Of a stretch of DNA of 64,000 nucleotides, positions 60,946 to 64,000 are shown one piece after another. Below the pieces are notes generated by a model. That model had not been told where the DNA came from. It was given only the letters and a program-made list of their open reading frames with translations, and ran no database searches. A program made the translations under genes and the position numbers. How positions within the stretch are numbered: the first letter of the stretch is position 1; each line of letters starts with the position of its first letter. Origin of the DNA: Candidatus Poribacteria bacterium (lineage in GTDB: Bacteria > Poribacteria > WGA-4E > PCPOR2b); assembly GCA_965208675.1 (NCBI GenBank), contig OZ242351.1, positions 4,032,001 to 4,096,000 on the forward strand, given 5' to 3'.

Positions 60946-63900
60946 TCAATCTTCACTTTCATAGAGGTTCTCATAATAGAATACTACTGTTTTTATATCC
61001 TGCCAGTGTTTCTCCTTAAATTGAATGCGTATGGTAGAGTCGTTAATTTCTAACAACACTTCGGGGTCATCTGAGTCCCGCAGCACTCTGTACAGCGTTT
61101 TCCGAGCCTTCTTACGGCGCTTTACGTATTCCTTGTACCTTGCCGCACACTCCGGACACAGCGCCAAATATTGAGCTTCGTGTTCTTTCGGGAAATACTT
61201 TTTATTCAGAGCTTCCACAGCCTCAAAGTAATCTTCATGAGAGTTATACTTTTTGAACGGCATGGCCTGTCTACACATTTGGCATTCTATTTCGTTTATT
61301 CCCGTGGAATACTCTCCTATCAAGCGAGTTCTAGGGTCAATGCTGGCACGGGAAATTCGAATACGTCGCGCGCGGTCCTCATATCGACTTTCCTCGGCAT
61401 GGCTAAGACCGATAATGAGTAGTTCTTTCCGCCGCTCTTTGCGGCGGATATTGTCAACAATGCCTTCTAATTCGTCAAGCGATTTTCCTTGTGCCCTAAA
61501 TTCATTAGCAATTTCTGCCATCTTCTCAGCTTCGTCAGCGGAGTCGAACCCTATTTCCTGAGCACGTTCATTTAGCAGAATATATTCCGTCTCTTGTTCT
61601 CTAGCAGTCTTGCCAAATTCAACTGCTTCAAGCCACGCTTGACCCTTATCGTATTGAAAGCCTTCAAGCAGGAGTTCAACTGATGCATTACATGGACGCT
61701 CAAAAGAGGTAGAGTCCCCATTTTTCTGTGGAACCCATTTTACCTTTCTTAACTCATGCACAAGGCTACTATGTCCCCCTCTGTGCCGATGGGATTGGTT
61801 ACATTGGTACACTGCTTTCAGGTAGCTTTCTGGCAGGGAACACATCGTTAACCAGATCAACCTTGATTTTTCAGTCGTAGGATTTTCAATTAAAATCTTG
61901 CATTCCGATATTGTGTAATCTTTATTTGTCCCGGTATCCGACCTCCATTGCCCTAGAGCATTTTCAACAAGATAGTGGTATTCGGGATGTTGCCGGGGAA
62001 TCCGTTGCTCGGTAGGTTGCAGTTTAGTTTGGGTCCCAACAGCTTCCGCGAATTTCGCGAACCTTGCTAGGTCTACACCGGAGGTTTTGTATTTCAATGA
62101 AAGGGGCCACTTTCTGTCCTCCGAAACCTCGTCGATAGCTTCAAAATACGATTTCAAACCGGTGTCAAGATAGGGAGAATCCAGAAAGGTTTTTTTTGGA
62201 GATGCCCACATTCTTTTGTTGTCCGAATCCTTATCAATTTGAAGAATAGGGTAAGATGTGAACAACTTCGCTTTAGCTGAATCCGCTTCTACGAGTTTGA
62301 TGAATCTCTCCAAGTCGGCCTCTCGAGGTTTGATTAACCCACTTGTGTTTCGCGTGTATCGCTGATTCAAAATCACCTTAATCCGTTCGACTTCGTCAAC
62401 TTCACGAACGCCGATAGTTTCAAGAAACTCGTGGGCTTTTTTCTGCTGATCTTTATTTTGTCCGGATGAATAAACTCCTTTAGCAACGTAGAAAAAATAT
62501 TCCTCGTGCCCATCTTCCTCTTGAATCTGGAGCTGGGTTTCCTCCTCAAGGGCTACGACATCATTGAACAAATCTACTTCAGGCTCCGCGTCACCGTTTA
62601 GAAAGTAACATTCGCGTCCGGATCTGTGGCGACCATCGCTGCAGCGAACAATGCGAAGTGTTTCCAAACTGGTGCGATATTGTTGTCCTTCGATGTAATT
62701 CCACCTTATAGAGGAAATAAAATCATCAAGCAAGGCATAGAATCTTTGGTGCCAAATCTCCGATTTTTCCTTAAGCCATTCCATTACTAGGTTAGACTGA
62801 AGCTCTAGCACCCTAATCAAGTCTTCAATTTTCCACTCGCGGATATGCAACATGGAGAGGAAATCTTCGATTCTTTTATTTCGTCGCTGAGCATTGGTAT
62901 CTTGGACAAATCGTCCACTTCTTTCATCTCGCTTTTGCGTTAGTTGTGATGTATTGGCAACCCATAGCGGTGTAGCTTTGTCTTTTCCGAGAAGTATGGC
63001 TAGATCTTCATCCTGGATCAAACTGGATAATCCTCTTCCGCTTCGATCTTGGTAGAGTTTCGACGCGGCCTCATAATCGCCCCGTTTCGTTGGTGTTATT
63101 TTTTCATTCTGAAATTCATGAACTATGGTATCACGGAGGGGGGTATAGAACTCAGGTATTACATCCTCCTGATTTGGAAGAACCGACAGAAACTCGATTG
63201 TCAGAAAATTTCTTCCTCTCAGATACGGGAGTGACTCCTTCAGCAATTCGCATGTTAACTTCATGAGATGGAGATTAAAATCATCAGTTATTGATATTGT
63301 TTCTCTGGCCGGGTTTGTGCGGTAAGGGCCATTTAGCATGAACTTTAAGCCCGTTTTTTCTTTTGTCTTGAAGAGTACGTAGAGTGAATCATCTTCTATT
63401 GGCGAGAGTCGTTCCTGTGCATCGATCATAAAGGCAATCTCTACGGCTTTATACGGTTGATTCTCCCATTTCGGAACTTTCGATAACGCTACGTATTGAT
63501 TTTCCTGTTTTCCATCTGTAATTGTAGTGAATCGTACATTAGCATCCATCTCGTCTTCGCGTCGGTAACACGCGGAGTGATTTTCTATTTCCCAACGTAT
63601 TTCCTGAATATTCCGCGTGAACAGCAATGTGTTCAGGTCGAGTGTAGTGAGACATTCCGATATTTGCGTGTATGCTTCTTCACGCCGTACTAGTTTTTCG
63701 ACAAAATCCGGTTGTTCGGATTCGTGATTGAAGGGAAGAACAATGCGAGTTCGGGAACGTGAAAAACCATCGGGATAGGGATATTCTCTGACACGGTAAA
63801 GACCGTCTATTTGGAAGTGTTCATTGCCTGAAATGATAGTTGGTATTGCTGTGAATGCGAAAACCGACTTGAAGCCTACACCGAAACGCCCTGTTTTTAC

Positions 63901-64000
63901 GAGAACGTCTCGACTCGTGCTTTTACCGAAGTAAGTGATTGCTTCAACATTTTTCTCGGTAAAAGGTTCTCCATTGTGTTCAATCACAATGGCATTTTTG
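60946..64000 (-). CDS. sacsin-like GHKL/HATPase protein with C-terminal HNH-like CxxC...CxxC domain (5' partial)
   Basis: HNGEPFT...GRFGVGFKSVF; C-terminal CQMC...YFEAVE...YLALCPEC; frame open to the window edge. Confidence 0.8.
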   Translation of the reverse strand, partial: KNAIVIEHNGEPFTEKNVEAITYFGKSTSRDVLVKTGRFGVGFKSVFAFTAIPTIISGNEHFQIDGLYRVREYPYPDGFSRSRTRIVLPFNHESEQPDFVEKLVRREEAYTQISECLTTLDLNTLLFTRNIQEIRWEIENHSACYRREDEMDANVRFTTITDGKQENQYVALSKVPKWENQPYKAVEIAFMIDAQERLSPIEDDSLYVLFKTKEKTGLKFMLNGPYRTNPARETISITDDFNLHLMKLTCELLKESLPYLRGRNFLTIEFLSVLPNQEDVIPEFYTPLRDTIVHEFQNEKITPTKRGDYEAASKLYQDRSGRGLSSLIQDEDLAILLGKDKATPLWVANTSQLTQKRDERSGRFVQDTNAQRRNKRIEDFLSMLHIREWKIEDLIRVLELQSNLVMEWLKEKSEIWHQRFYALLDDFISSIRWNYIEGQQYRTSLETLRIVRCSDGRHRSGRECYFLNGDAEPEVDLFNDVVALEEETQLQIQEEDGHEEYFFYVAKGVYSSGQNKDQQKKAHEFLETIGVREVDEVERIKVILNQRYTRNTSGLIKPREADLERFIKLVEADSAKAKLFTSYPILQIDKDSDNKRMWASPKKTFLDSPYLDTGLKSYFEAIDEVSEDRKWPLSLKYKTSGVDLARFAKFAEAVGTQTKLQPTEQRIPRQHPEYHYLVENALGQWRSDTGTNKDYTISECKILIENPTTEKSRLIWLTMCSLPESYLKAVYQCNQSHRHRGGHSSLVHELRKVKWVPQKNGDSTSFERPCNASVELLLEGFQYDKGQAWLEAVEFGKTAREQETEYILLNERAQEIGFDSADEAEKMAEIANEFRAQGKSLDELEGIVDNIRRKERRKELLIIGLSHAEESRYEDRARRIRISRASIDPRTRLIGEYSTGINEIECQMCRQAMPFKKYNSHEDYFEAVEALNKKYFPKEHEAQYLALCPECAARYKEYVKRRKKARKTLYRVLRDSDDPEVLLEINDSTIRIQFKEKHWQDIKTVVFYYENLYESED

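Noticed and set aside
60465-60974. Short ORFs upstream of rpoB as rplL remnants
   Set aside because: No similarity to L7/L12 or L10
1-64000. Genome-wide TGA reassignment (genetic code 4 or 25)
   Set aside because: ffh, mnmE (FCIGK-TGA), ylqD and others end at TGA in expected positions; readthrough is evident only at two CxxC sites

Overview
A bacterial chromosomal window of mostly housekeeping genes at roughly mid GC. The gene mix (Firmicutes-like ylxM-ffh operon, many TPR proteins, REP-like repeats) is suggestive of a candidate phylum such as Poribacteria, but this is low-confidence inference. Left to right: metallo-hydrolase, FAH, hisC; ylxM-ffh-rpsP-khpA-ylqD-trmD-rplS (no rimM); a small accessory islet; hslVU; epimerase, moaA; an extended SUF operon (sufCBD-glutaredoxin-sufSU-Rieske-DUF59-DUF971); a TPP enzyme, HAD and VWA protein; HNH-lipoprotein-rnpA-yidD-yidC-jag-mnmE (no rpmH); pseudouridine synthase, pdxJ, thrC, ispG; an ECF sigma/anti-sigma/TPR/LecA-like cluster; a stand-alone rpoBC with its own consensus promoter; and a partial sacsin-like ATPase with an HNH-like C-terminus. 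The strongest hidden signal is two genes that the ORF track splits at an in-frame TGA lying exactly at the first Cys position of a CxxC motif (W-U-G-S-C in a thioredoxin-TPR protein; W-U-P-L-C in a DUF3179 protein). Each TGA is followed by a SECIS-like hairpin and each protein starts with a signal-peptide-like sequence, so these are two probable exported selenoproteins. Other notable items are a 4-Cys insertion at the RpoC N-terminus, an inverted TTGACA palindrome upstream of ylxM, several distinct REP-like doublets, a probable ACG start codon and a PAP2 pseudogene. No rRNA, tRNA, CRISPR array or transposase was recognised.
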